From Alphaproteobacteria bacterium (GTDB lineage: Bacteria > Pseudomonadota > Alphaproteobacteria > SMXQ01): 64,000 nt of DNA. Position numbers and translations under genes: made by a program. Below the pieces are notes generated by a model. The model did no database searches, was not told the DNA's origin, and was given only the letters and a program-made list of their open reading frames with translations. The stretch spans positions 18,294 to 82,293 of the forward strand of contig DASYCO010000077.1 in NCBI GenBank assembly GCA_036500145.1. Direction: 5' to 3'. Within the stretch, counting starts at the first letter, position 1. Every line of letters starts with the position of its first letter. Positions 37,029 to 46,288 of this stretch are shown here, in pieces.

Positions 37029-39398
37029 TTATTGGCGTGCCATCGCGACGCGCGCCAATGCCTGTTCTTCTTCTGCCGTGTCTTGAAACAGTTGACCTGA
37101 TACGTCGACGGTGACCGTCAAGATCGTGCCGGTGAATTCGAACGGCGGTCCGTAGAGGGCGCTGACGGGGGAGGCCGGATTATTGCCGACGGTCACGCCG
37201 CTGCCGATGCCGAGAGCAAGCGGAACCGTGTAGGGCAATGCCATTTCGCCAACGAGCTTGTGATTGATGTAAAGCTGGGCCTTGCCGGGCGTTCCTTTGC
37301 CTTTCTTGATATCGGGCTTGCCGGTCGGTTCGAACTCGTATCTCAAACTCGCCTTGCCTTCCGGCACGGCGACGTTCGATTCGACATGAAATTCTTCTGC
37401 GCCGACGTAATTGTGGACGTAGTGAAGTTTTCCATCTTTCACGAAAAGCGTATAGCCGCCGACATTGCCGCCGTGGCACATCAAAACGCCTTCGGCGCCG
37501 CCCTTCGGAATATCCACCTCGGCGGTGATGCTGTGCGCGCGGTTTAAAAGCTTGGCCGCGATGTTCTCGGGAATGCCTTGTGTGTGCGGATAATAGACGT
37601 AGGTCTGGCGATCTTTCGTGAGCTGAGGACGTTCATCGCCGAAACGGAGGGTGCCGCGACTGTCGAGTGGCAGGACGTTGTATTTTCCCGCCTCCGTATA
37701 CCAGGTCGCGATCATCTCGATCAGCTTTTCGGGTTTCTCTTTCGCGAGATCCTTCGACTCGGTCGGGTCGGCCGACAGGTCGTAAAGCTCCCAGCCTTTG
37801 GCGTCGAGCTCGCGGAGCTTTTCTTCCGTCAATGTCGCCATCCCGAAGAAAACGCCGGCTTCCGCAAATGACGGGCCAGGAAACGGGCAAACCGCGCGCC
37901 AGCCGTCGTGATAGATCGAACGGTGCGCGAACATTTCGAAATATTGGGTCTTATGCAGGCTTTCCGCTTTCCCTGCATTGAATGTGTGGAAGAAGCTCAC
38001 GCCCTCGATCGGCGCTTGAGTGACGCCGCGGATTTGCGCCGGCGGCTCGATGCCCAGCGCGGCGAGAGTCGTCGGCATCATGTCGATGGCATGGGCATAT
38101 TGGTGGCGAATTTCCCCCTTGGCCTTGATTCCTTTGGGCCAGTGGACGAGGAACGGATCGGAAATGCCGCCACGATAAGTCTCTCGCTTCCATCTCCGGA
38201 ATGGCGTGTTGCCGGCGTAAGTCCAGCCCCATGCATAATGGTTGAAGTATTTGGGGCCGCCTAAGTTATCGATTGCGGCGAGGTTTTGCGTCAAGTCGTC
38301 CGGGACGTTATTGAAAAATTTGTTCTCGTTGACCGATCCGTTCGGTCCGCCCTCGGAACTCGCGCCGTTGTCGCTGATCACCATGATCAGCGTATTGTCG
38401 AGTTCGCCGAGTTTTTCGAGAAAATCCAGCAGGCGGCCGATCTGGTGATCGGTGTATTCGAAGAAGCCGGCGAACACCTCCATCATGCGGGCATAGAGCT
38501 TCCGTTCATCGGCTGAAAGCTTGCTCCAATCCTGCACGTCGGGGTCGTGACGCGACAATTCGGCATGCGCGGGCATGATCCCGAACTCCTTTTGCCGCTT
38601 GAAGGTCTTTTCGCGATAGGCGTCCCACCCGTCGTCGAATTTGCCTTTGTATTTGTCGATCCATTCCTTTGGCGCGTGATGGGGGGCGTGATTGGCGCCG
38701 GGCGCGAAATACATGAAGAACGGCTTGTCCGGCGCGACCTGCTTAAGGTCGGCTATGAAGCCGATGGCTTTTTCCGCGAGGTCTTCGCTGAGATGGTAGC
38801 CTTGTTCGGGCGTCTTCGGCGGCGCGACCTGGTGATTGTCGTAGACCAGGTCCGGATAATATTGATGAGTGTCGCCGCCGAGAAAGCCGTAATACCGTTC
38901 GAAGCCGCGGCCAAGCGGCCAGCGGTCGTAAGGTCCGGCGGCGCTGATCTGTTCCGATGGCGTCAGGTGCCACTTGCCGATGCAATAGGTCGCATATCCG
39001 TTTTGCACGAGCGTTTCCGAAAGAAAGCCGTTCTCGAACGGAATGGCGCCGTTGCTTCCCGGAAAGCCGGTCGATCCTTCGGTGATGCAGGCCATGGCGT
39101 TGGAGTGGTGGTTCCTGCCGGTCATGATGCATGACCGCGTCGGCGAACAAAGAGCCGTCGTATGCATGTTGGTGTAAAGCAGGCCGTTCTTGGCGAGCCT
39201 ATCTAAGTTCGGGGTGTTGATGGGCGATCCGTAGCAGCCGAACTGTCCAAAGCCGGTATCGTCCATGACGATATAAAGGACGTTCGGCATGCCTTCCTTC
39301 GTGCGCTTGGGGGCAGGCCAAGCGGATTCGGATTCGCTAACCGTGCGGCCCATGCGGCCAGAAAATGCGGTACCGGATTTATATTCCTTGAGAGCCAT
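37029..39398 (-). CDS. Arylsulfatase (Cys-type sulfatase family), large 789-aa form
   Basis: Sulfatase signature CSPTRSCIMTGR (C-x-P-x-R) and metal-binding DD / GKWH motifs, plus a C-terminal extra domain. The gene's GC content (about 56-58%) is below the flanking 68-70%. Confidence 0.85.
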   Translation of the reverse strand: MALKEYKSGTAFSGRMGRTVSESESAWPAPKRTKEGMPNVLYIVMDDTGFGQFGCYGSPINTPNLDRLAKNGLLYTNMHTTALCSPTRSCIMTGRNHHSNAMACITEGSTGFPGSNGAIPFENGFLSETLVQNGYATYCIGKWHLTPSEQISAAGPYDRWPLGRGFERYYGFLGGDTHQYYPDLVYDNHQVAPPKTPEQGYHLSEDLAEKAIGFIADLKQVAPDKPFFMYFAPGANHAPHHAPKEWIDKYKGKFDDGWDAYREKTFKRQKEFGIMPAHAELSRHDPDVQDWSKLSADERKLYARMMEVFAGFFEYTDHQIGRLLDFLEKLGELDNTLIMVISDNGASSEGGPNGSVNENKFFNNVPDDLTQNLAAIDNLGGPKYFNHYAWGWTYAGNTPFRRWKRETYRGGISDPFLVHWPKGIKAKGEIRHQYAHAIDMMPTTLAALGIEPPAQIRGVTQAPIEGVSFFHTFNAGKAESLHKTQYFEMFAHRSIYHDGWRAVCPFPGPSFAEAGVFFGMATLTEEKLRELDAKGWELYDLSADPTESKDLAKEKPEKLIEMIATWYTEAGKYNVLPLDSRGTLRFGDERPQLTKDRQTYVYYPHTQGIPENIAAKLLNRAHSITAEVDIPKGGAEGVLMCHGGNVGGYTLFVKDGKLHYVHNYVGAEEFHVESNVAVPEGKASLRYEFEPTGKPDIKKGKGTPGKAQLYINHKLVGEMALPYTVPLALGIGSGVTVGNNPASPVSALYGPPFEFTGTILTVTVDVSGQLFQDTAEEEQALARVAMARQ

Positions 39399-39749
39399 CG
39401 TCCCGTCCTTTCGCGCTGGCGCAGACTCGATGGTCTGCGGAATAAGTCACGGAGGTTCGTCGTGGATGCCCGCGCTGCGCATGGATGGGTAACGCGCTCG
39501 CTTTGACAAATGGCACCCGCACTCCACGAGAGTGCCGGGTTCAAAGATATCGCCCATGCATGCGAACCATGCCGGAAACCGGCCCGGACCAAGCCGCCGA
39601 TGGCAGGCGAAGGCCAAATCCGGAATCGTTTCTGAAGACGGATGAACGGGCTGAAGGCCGCCCGCAGGCCTGAAACCCGCCGCGGTGCCTAAGGCGGTGG
39701 CCACGGAAGGGAAGGGGTAATTTCAGAGGCAGGCGGAATTCGTCACGCC

Positions 39750-39784
39750 CGAACGAAAATGGGGTGCGGCTTGCGCCGCACCCC
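39750..39784 (-). terminator. Strong intrinsic terminator downstream of nrdJ
   Basis: GGGGTGCGGC-GCAA-GCCGCACCCC (10-bp perfect stem, GNRA loop), followed on the minus strand by ATTTTCGTTCG. Confidence 0.8.
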
Positions 39785-39981
39785 AAGTTTAATCAGGGAG
39801 AACCTACACCACTAAGGTACTAGGTACCCTACTAACTGTATTTGCCGGCAAGTACGCACCGGCCGGTGATTACCGCCTTCGCTTTACTGTTACGCGCGAA
39901 TTCGGCACTGGGGAGCGCTTCGGCAAGCGCTTGACCCAGAACGGAGGCCCGCCCGCACCGCGGACGGGCCAATTTCATTCC

Positions 39982-42900
39982 TCAGCTGCAGCCGCTCGTC
40001 GAGCCGCAGGTGTTGCACTTCATGCAGGTGCCGTTGCGCACCAGCGTGAAATTCCCGCATTCGCCGCAGGAGTCGCCCTCGTAGCCTTTCAGGCGCGCTT
40101 CGCGGATCTTCTCCATCTTGGCGTTGACGCCCGTGGCCGCAGCGGAGCTCACGCCGCCTGCCGCCGCGAAGGCGACGCCGGCCATGGCCTGAGCCGAGGT
40201 GGCGGTGACGAAGCTGGCGTCGGACGCCATTGCCGTCGCCTCGGCCGTGGCGCCGCCCTTCAGCACGTAGAGGTTGCTGCGGACGTAGCCGTTCGAGGCC
40301 AGCTTGCGCACGGCGTCGGCCACCTGCATGGCGGCGGCGGTGCCGGCTTCCGGCAGGTCGCCCTGCTTGTCGCCGAGGCCCATGGCGTCGGGCAGCACGT
40401 CGCTCGGCGAGACATGGGCGAGGTCGTTGCGGCCGCCGTAGGAGATCGCCAGCTCGCGGAACACGTAGTCGATGATCGACGTCGCCATCTTGATGGCGTC
40501 GTTGCCTTCGACCATGCCCGAGGGCTCGAAGCGCGTGAAGGTGAAGGCCTCGACGAACTCGTCGAGCGGCACGCCGTACTGCAGGCCGATCGAAATGGCG
40601 ATGGCGAAGTTGTTCATCATCGCGCGGAAGGCGGCGCCTTCCTTGTGCATGTCGATGAATATCTCGCCGATCTTGCCGTCTTCGTATTCGCCGGTGCGCA
40701 GGTACACCTTGTGGCCGCCGACGACGGCCTTCTGGGTGTAGCCCTTGCGGCGCAGCGGCAGGCGGCGGCGCTCCGAGACGTACTTCTCGACGATGCGCTC
40801 GGCGATGATCTGCGCCTTCTGCGGCGCGGGCGCCTCGATGACCTGCTCGACGAGGTCCTGGTTGTCGCCGGTCTCGTCGTCGAGCACGACGGCGTTGAGC
40901 GGCTGGGACAGCTTCGAGCCGTCGCGGTAGAGCGCGTTGGCCTTGAGCGCCAGGCGCCAGGACAGCATGTAGGCGTTCTTGCAGTCCTCGACCGTCGCCG
41001 CGTTCTGCATGTTGATGGTCTTGGAGATGGCGCCCGAAATGAAGGGCTGCGCCGCCGCCAGCATGTGGATGTGGCTGTCGACCGACAGGAAGCGCTTGCC
41101 GGTGCGGCCGCAGGGGTTGGCGCAGTCGAACACCGAGTAGTGTTCGAGCTTCAGGTGCGGGGCGCCTTCCAGCGTCATGGCGCCGCAGCAGTATATGTTC
41201 GCGGCTTCGATGTCGGCCTTGGAGAAGCCGAGCTGCTCCAGCATGTTGAAGCCGACGTCGTTGAGCTGCTCAACCGTGAAGCCGAGCACCTTGGTGCAGA
41301 ACTCCTCGCCGAGCGTCCACTTGTTGAAGGCGAACTTGACGTCGAAGGCGGAGCCGAGGCCGGCCTCGATGGCCTGCAGGGCGCTTTCGTTGAAGCCCTT
41401 GGCGACCAGCTTGGCATGGTCGATGCCGGGCGACGCCTTGAGGGTGCCGCGGCCGACTGCGTAGGCGATCATCTCGTCGATCTGGGCGTCGCCGTAGCCC
41501 ATGGTCTTGAGGCCGACGGGCACGACGCGGTTGATGATCTTGAAGTAGCCGCCGCCGGCGAGCTTCTTGAACTTCACCAGGGCGAAGTCGGGCTCGATGC
41601 CGGTGGTGTCGCAGTCCATCACCAGGCCGATGGTGCCTGTGGGGGCGACGACGCTGGCCTGGGCGTTGCGGTAGCCGTGCTCCTCGCCGAGGGTCAGGGC
41701 GCTGTCCCAGGCGCGGGCGGCGGCGACGGCCAGGTTCACGTCGGGGCAGTTGTCGATGTCGAGCGGCACCGGGGTGACCGTCAGGCCCTCGTAGCCGTCG
41801 CTCTCGCCGTAGGCGGCGCGGCGATGGTTGCGGATGACGCGCAGCATGTGGTCGCGGTTCTTGGCGAAGCCCGAGAAGGCGCCGAGCTCGCCGGCCATCT
41901 CCGCCGACGTGGCGTAGGACACGCCGGTCAGCACGGCGGTGATCGCGCCGATCATGGCACGGCCCTCGGCCGAGTCGTAGCCCAGGCCGTTGGCCATCAG
42001 CAAGCCGCCGACGTTGGCGTAGCCGAGGCCCAGCGTGCGGAACACGTAGGACAGGTCGGCGATCTCCTTGGACGGGAACTGCGCCATCAGCACGGAGATT
42101 TCCAGCACGACGGTCCACAGGCGCGTGGCGTGCTCGAAGCCGTCGATGTCGAAGTGGCCGTCCGGTTTGCGGAAGGCGAGCAGGTTGATCGACGCCAGGT
42201 TGCAGGCCGTGTCGTCGAGGAACATGTACTCGGAGCAGGGGTTCGACGCGTTGATGCGGCCCGATTCGGGGCAGGTGTGCCACTCGTTGATCGTGCTGTC
42301 GAACTGAACGCCCGGATCGGCGGAGGCCCAGGCGGCGTGGCCGATCTGCTCCCACAGGTCGCGGGCGCGGATCTTCTTGTGGAGCTTGCCGTCGGTGCGG
42401 CGGATCAGCTCCCACTCGCCGTCCTCGAGGACGCGCTCGAGGAACTTATTGGTGACGCGCACGGAGTTGTTCGAGTTCTGGCCCGAGACCGTGAGGTAGG
42501 CGTCGCTGTCCCAGTCGGTGTCGTAGGTCTTGAAGTCGATCTCGGTATAGCCCTGCTGGGCGAACTGGATCACGCGCTGGATGTAGTTCTCGGAGATCAT
42601 CACCTTGCGGGCGGCGATGATGGCCTTCTTCAGCGCGGGGTTCTTCTTCGCGTCGAACTTCTCGGCGCCGACGATGTCGTCGGCCGCGGTGTGGCAGGCC
42701 TTGATGACGGCGTTGAGGTGCTGGCTGGCGAGCTTGGAGCCGGCGACCAGCGCGGCCACCTTCTGCTCCTCGACGACCTTCCAGTCGATGTACTGCTCGA
42801 TGTCCGGATGGTCGAGGTCGACCGTGACCATCTTGGCGGCGCGGCGCGTGGTGCCGCCCGACTTGATGGCGCCGGCGGCGCGGTCGCCGATCTTGAGGAA

Positions 42901-43668
42901 GCTCATCAGGCCGGACGACTTGCCGCCGCCCGACAGGCGCTCGCTCTCGCCGCGCAGCTTGGAGAAGTTGCTGCCGGTGCCCGAGCCGTACTTGAACAGG
43001 CGCGCCTCGCGGACCCACAGGTCCATGATGCCGCCTTCGTTCACCAGGTCGTCGGCGACGCCCTGGATGAAGCAGGCGTGCGGCTGCGGGTGCTCGTAGG
43101 ACGATTCGGACTTCGTCAGCTCGCCGGACTTGAAGTCGACGTAGTAGTGGCCCTGCGACGGGCCGTCGATGCCATAGGCCCAGTGCAGGCCGGTGTTGAA
43201 CCACTGCGGCGAGTTCGGCGCGGCCATCTGCTTGGCGAGCATGAAGCAGAGCTCGTCGTAGAAGCTGCGGGCGTCCTCGTCGGAATCGAAGTAGCCGCCC
43301 TTCCAGCCCCAGTAGGTCCAGGTGCCGGCGAGGCGGTTGAAAACCTGCGTCGCCTGGGCTTCGCCGCCGGTGCGCTTGCCCTTATCGAGGCCCGCGAGCT
43401 TGTCTTCGTCGGCGACCTGGCGCCACAGCCAGGCGGGAACGTCGGCTTCTTCGAGCGGCTTCAGCGCCGTCGGCACGCCGGCCTTGCGGAAGTACTTCTG
43501 GGCGATGATGTCGCAGGCGACCTGCGACCATTCCTCGGGAACCTCAATGCCTTCCAGGCGGAAGACGATCGAGCCGTCGGGGTTGCGGATTTCGCTGGTC
43601 GCGGCGCGGAAGGCGATGTCCGCGTAAGGCGACTGGCCGCTTTTCGTGAAATGACGTGCGATACGCAT
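39982..43668 (-). CDS. nrdJ: Adenosylcobalamin-dependent (class II) ribonucleotide reductase
   Basis: 1228 aa. Active-site region with the thiyl-radical Cys, the B12-binding region, and a C-terminal Cys-rich redox tail. Long alphaproteobacterial form. Confidence 0.9.
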   Translation of the reverse strand: MRIARHFTKSGQSPYADIAFRAATSEIRNPDGSIVFRLEGIEVPEEWSQVACDIIAQKYFRKAGVPTALKPLEEADVPAWLWRQVADEDKLAGLDKGKRTGGEAQATQVFNRLAGTWTYWGWKGGYFDSDEDARSFYDELCFMLAKQMAAPNSPQWFNTGLHWAYGIDGPSQGHYYVDFKSGELTKSESSYEHPQPHACFIQGVADDLVNEGGIMDLWVREARLFKYGSGTGSNFSKLRGESERLSGGGKSSGLMSFLKIGDRAAGAIKSGGTTRRAAKMVTVDLDHPDIEQYIDWKVVEEQKVAALVAGSKLASQHLNAVIKACHTAADDIVGAEKFDAKKNPALKKAIIAARKVMISENYIQRVIQFAQQGYTEIDFKTYDTDWDSDAYLTVSGQNSNNSVRVTNKFLERVLEDGEWELIRRTDGKLHKKIRARDLWEQIGHAAWASADPGVQFDSTINEWHTCPESGRINASNPCSEYMFLDDTACNLASINLLAFRKPDGHFDIDGFEHATRLWTVVLEISVLMAQFPSKEIADLSYVFRTLGLGYANVGGLLMANGLGYDSAEGRAMIGAITAVLTGVSYATSAEMAGELGAFSGFAKNRDHMLRVIRNHRRAAYGESDGYEGLTVTPVPLDIDNCPDVNLAVAAARAWDSALTLGEEHGYRNAQASVVAPTGTIGLVMDCDTTGIEPDFALVKFKKLAGGGYFKIINRVVPVGLKTMGYGDAQIDEMIAYAVGRGTLKASPGIDHAKLVAKGFNESALQAIEAGLGSAFDVKFAFNKWTLGEEFCTKVLGFTVEQLNDVGFNMLEQLGFSKADIEAANIYCCGAMTLEGAPHLKLEHYSVFDCANPCGRTGKRFLSVDSHIHMLAAAQPFISGAISKTINMQNAATVEDCKNAYMLSWRLALKANALYRDGSKLSQPLNAVVLDDETGDNQDLVEQVIEAPAPQKAQIIAERIVEKYVSERRRLPLRRKGYTQKAVVGGHKVYLRTGEYEDGKIGEIFIDMHKEGAAFRAMMNNFAIAISIGLQYGVPLDEFVEAFTFTRFEPSGMVEGNDAIKMATSIIDYVFRELAISYGGRNDLAHVSPSDVLPDAMGLGDKQGDLPEAGTAAAMQVADAVRKLASNGYVRSNLYVLKGGATAEATAMASDASFVTATSAQAMAGVAFAAAGGVSSAAATGVNAKMEKIREARLKGYEGDSCGECGNFTLVRNGTCMKCNTCGSTSGCS

Positions 43669-43790
43669 GGTCCCCCCAAGACGAGACTGAAAATGGAATG
43701 TGATCTATGTCGGCGCGGCCCCCGGGCCCTTACCGGCCCACCCTGCCGCCCGTGCAGCCTATGAGGCGCAACATGCGGAAGGGAATCCGG

Positions 43791-43818
43791 AGTATGCCAC
43801 CACATGTTGGGTGGTCAA
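43791..43818 (-). promoter_or_regulatory. Candidate sigma-70 promoter of nrdJ (TTGACC-N16-CATACT)
   Basis: Read on the minus strand. The IR CCACC-N8-GGTGG overlaps the spacer. A GATACC-N8-GGTATC palindrome lies at 43846-43865. Confidence 0.4.
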
Positions 43819-44021
43819 CCGTATTTTGTGTTACACTACTTAGGTGATACCAAATCTATGGTATCCAGTTCTGCGCACGATCGCGCAATGCTGATCGCCG
43901 GCGCGGCGCAGGGCGCCCGGGCGGCTTGTCGAAGCGCATGACGAGTGCGATAGTCGCGCGCAAATTTTCCGGCGCAGGGCGCGGCTCTCCGCCGCCCGGC
44001 GCCTCAGTTCTGGAGTTCACG

Positions 44022-44408
44022 ATGTCATTCGGTACCCGCCTGTTCACTTGGCTCCATGGCGAGCTTGTGGGGACGGATCGTTTCGGCAACCGCTACTACC
44101 GCGACAAGAGCGGCGCGAAGGCCAAGGTCGGTGCCGGCCTGTCCAAGGAGCGCCGCTGGGTGCTCTATGACGGCGAGGCGGAAGCCTCCAAGGTCCCGCC
44201 TATGTGGCACGCCTGGCTGCACTACACCGTGCAGCAGCCGCCCGCAGCGGGCGCGGATGCCGATCCGGCGCGCCTCTACGGCTGGCAGAAGGAACATCTG
44301 CCGAACCTGACGGGCACGGCGGAAGCCTACCGTCCGCCCGGTTCGCTGCTGGCCGGCGGCCAGCGTGCGCCCGCAACCGGCGATTACGAGCCTTGGCGTC
44401 CGTCCTGA
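44022..44408 (+). CDS. NDUFA12-family (complex I B17.2-like) protein
   Basis: FTWLHGELVGTDRFGNRYY and WHAWLH motifs. 128 aa from MSFGT. Confidence 0.7.
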   Translation: MSFGTRLFTWLHGELVGTDRFGNRYYRDKSGAKAKVGAGLSKERRWVLYDGEAEASKVPPMWHAWLHYTVQQPPAAGADADPARLYGWQKEHLPNLTGTAEAYRPPGSLLAGGQRAPATGDYEPWRPS

Positions 44409-44486
44409 AACGGCCTATCTCCATCGCCCAGCCGCCATCCGTCGCGCTGCCGTCCGTGACGGCGCGTAGCTAGAGGAATCCGCGCC

Positions 44487-44999
44487 ATGCGCCGCAATGT
44501 CATCGAAACCGTCCTGGGCGCCGTCGTCCTGCTCGTGGCAGCCCTGTTTGTCATCTTCGCTTACAGCAACGCCAGCCTGCGCACGGTCAGCGGCTATCCG
44601 CTGATCGCCAAGTTCGACCGCGTCGACGGCCTCAATCCGGGCAGCGACGTGAAGATGAGCGGCATCAAGATCGGCACCATCACCGCCCAGGACATTGATC
44701 CGCAGAGCTTCCTCGCGGTCGTGCATTTCTCGGTCGACCCGCGCATCAAGCTGCCGTCCGATTCGGCGGCGGAAGTCGTGAGCGACGGCCTGCTCGGCAG
44801 CAAGTACCTGTCGCTGGTGCCGGGCGCCGATTCGCGCATGCTGGAAGCCAACGGCGAGATCAAGTTCACCCAGTCGCCCATCAACCTGGAATCGCTGATC
44901 GGCCAGCTGCTGTTCAGCAACCAGAAGGGCAGCGGCGACGGCGGCGGCGACAGCAAGACGCCGGCCCCGCCCGACGGCGTGCCGGGCGGCACGCTCTAG
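44487..44999 (+). CDS. mlaD: Mce/MlaD-domain protein (outer-membrane lipid asymmetry MlaD-like)
   Basis: N-terminal TM then an MCE domain (GLNPGSDVKMSGIKIG...GLLGSKYLSLVPG). Confidence 0.7.
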   Translation: MRRNVIETVLGAVVLLVAALFVIFAYSNASLRTVSGYPLIAKFDRVDGLNPGSDVKMSGIKIGTITAQDIDPQSFLAVVHFSVDPRIKLPSDSAAEVVSDGLLGSKYLSLVPGADSRMLEANGEIKFTQSPINLESLIGQLLFSNQKGSGDGGGDSKTPAPPDGVPGGTL

Positions 45000-45002
45000 C
45001 CG

Positions 45003-45233
45003 ATGGCCGGGCGCGACAAGGCGCTGGCCCTGCCGGCGTGGAAGACGCCGGAGGGAGCGCCCGTGTCCTGCACCGAGAAGATCAAGGTGCTGAACGAGAA
45101 CCTGGGCGAGATCCAGGGCCTCGTGCAGGACGCCTTCGAGGACGCCGTCCTGATGGGATGCGACGAAGCGCAGGTGCGCGACGTGCTGCGCCGCCTCGTC
45201 GAGGCCCTCGAAAACCCCTATCGCAAGGACTGA
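45003..45233 (+). CDS. Small conserved hypothetical protein (76 aa)
   Basis: Strong GC3 codon bias; tightly packed between mlaD and the DUF2155 gene. Confidence 0.45.
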   Translation: MAGRDKALALPAWKTPEGAPVSCTEKIKVLNENLGEIQGLVQDAFEDAVLMGCDEAQVRDVLRRLVEALENPYRKD

Positions 45234-45235
45234 CC

Positions 45236-45634
45236 GTGCGCCGTTCGTTCGTCGTCGCTGCGGCGCTCTTCGCCGCTGCCGTCCCGTTCTCCGCCGCCCA
45301 TGCCCTCGAAGGCGGCACGGCGCTGCTGCAGGGGCTCGACAAGGTGACGGCGCGCATCTCCACCTTCGAGGCGCCGATCGGCGTCGAGGTGCGTTTCGGC
45401 ACGCTCGACATCGTGGCGAAGCGCTGCGTCAAGGCGCCGCCGGAGGATTCGCCGGAAAGCTCCGCCTTCCTCGACATCCAGGAACTGCGGCCGGACGAAG
45501 CGCCGCGCCAGCTCTTCTCGGGGTGGATGTTCGCGTCCTCGCCGGCGCTCTCCGCGCTCGAGCATCCGGTCTACGACGTCTGGGTCAAGGACTGCCTGAA
45601 CGTCAAGTCCGACTCGTCGAGCGGACCCAGGTAG
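45236..45634 (+). CDS. DUF2155-family secreted protein
   Basis: GTG start, signal peptide, and a conserved DUF2155 pattern (LDKVTARISTF...LFSGWMFASSP...HPVYDVWV). Confidence 0.55.
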   Translation: MRRSFVVAAALFAAAVPFSAAHALEGGTALLQGLDKVTARISTFEAPIGVEVRFGTLDIVAKRCVKAPPEDSPESSAFLDIQELRPDEAPRQLFSGWMFASSPALSALEHPVYDVWVKDCLNVKSDSSSGPR

Positions 45635-46242
45635 AACTCCGCCTTGACCTGCAGCGCCGCCGTGAGCTGGCGGCGGTAGTCGGCGCGGTCGATCTCCATC
45701 GCGCCGAAGCCGATCAGGTGCTGCGTCACGAACTGCGTGTCGAGCAGGATGTAGCCGCTGCGCCGCAGCCGCGCGATCAGGTGGCAGAGCGCCAGCTTGC
45801 TGGCGTCGGTCTCGACGCTGAACATGCTCTCGCCGAAGAACGCGCCGCCGATCGAGATGCCGTAGAGGCCGCCGACCATGCGGCCGTCGCGCCAGGCCTC
45901 GACCGAATGGGCGTGCCCCATGTCGAACAGCCCGGAATAGAGCCGGATGATCTCGCTGTTGATCCAGGTCTTCGGCCGTTCGGGGCGGCTGGCGCCGCAG
46001 GCGCGGATCACCGCCTCGTAGGCGGTGTCGCAGCGCATCTCGAACGGATTGCGCCGCAGCTTCTTCTGCAGCTTGCGCGAGACGTGGAAGCCGTCGATGG
46101 GCAGGACGCCGCGACGCTCGGGATCGACCCAGAACAGCGTCGGGTCGTCGGCGCTCTCGGCCATTGGGAAGATGCCGGCGGCATAGGTCCGGATCAGGAT
46201 GTCCGGCGTCAAGTCCGACATCTGTCCGTCCCGCGCGCTCAT
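45571..46242 (-). CDS. aat: Leucyl/phenylalanyl-tRNA--protein transferase
   Basis: Aat family (FPM..., WINSEI, SVEAW..G.LVGGLYG). 64-nt convergent overlap with the DUF2155 gene. Confidence 0.85.
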   Translation of the reverse strand: MSARDGQMSDLTPDILIRTYAAGIFPMAESADDPTLFWVDPERRGVLPIDGFHVSRKLQKKLRRNPFEMRCDTAYEAVIRACGASRPERPKTWINSEIIRLYSGLFDMGHAHSVEAWRDGRMVGGLYGISIGGAFFGESMFSVETDASKLALCHLIARLRRSGYILLDTQFVTQHLIGFGAMEIDRADYRRQLTAALQVKAEFYLGPLDESDLTFRQSLTQTS

Positions 46243-46288
46243 TATCCCGTCCTGCTCATGGATGAAGGCCGCCTATGTGCGCCGCCGG

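Noticed and set aside
39447-39704. Small ORFs (62-85 aa) in the arylsulfatase upstream region
   Set aside because: No codon bias, no RBS, and overlapping each other on both strands. Treated as the 5' leader/promoter region.
39931-43764. 1277-aa plus-strand ORF
   Set aside because: Antisense to nrdJ, whose minus-strand translation is an unmistakable class II RNR. The plus-strand product is low-complexity Gly/Ala/Arg/Asp.
43780-43870. NrdR box upstream of nrdJ
   Set aside because: No 16-bp match to the acaCwAtATaTwGtgt consensus or the tandem-box spacing. Only unrelated palindromes are present, reported as a finding instead.
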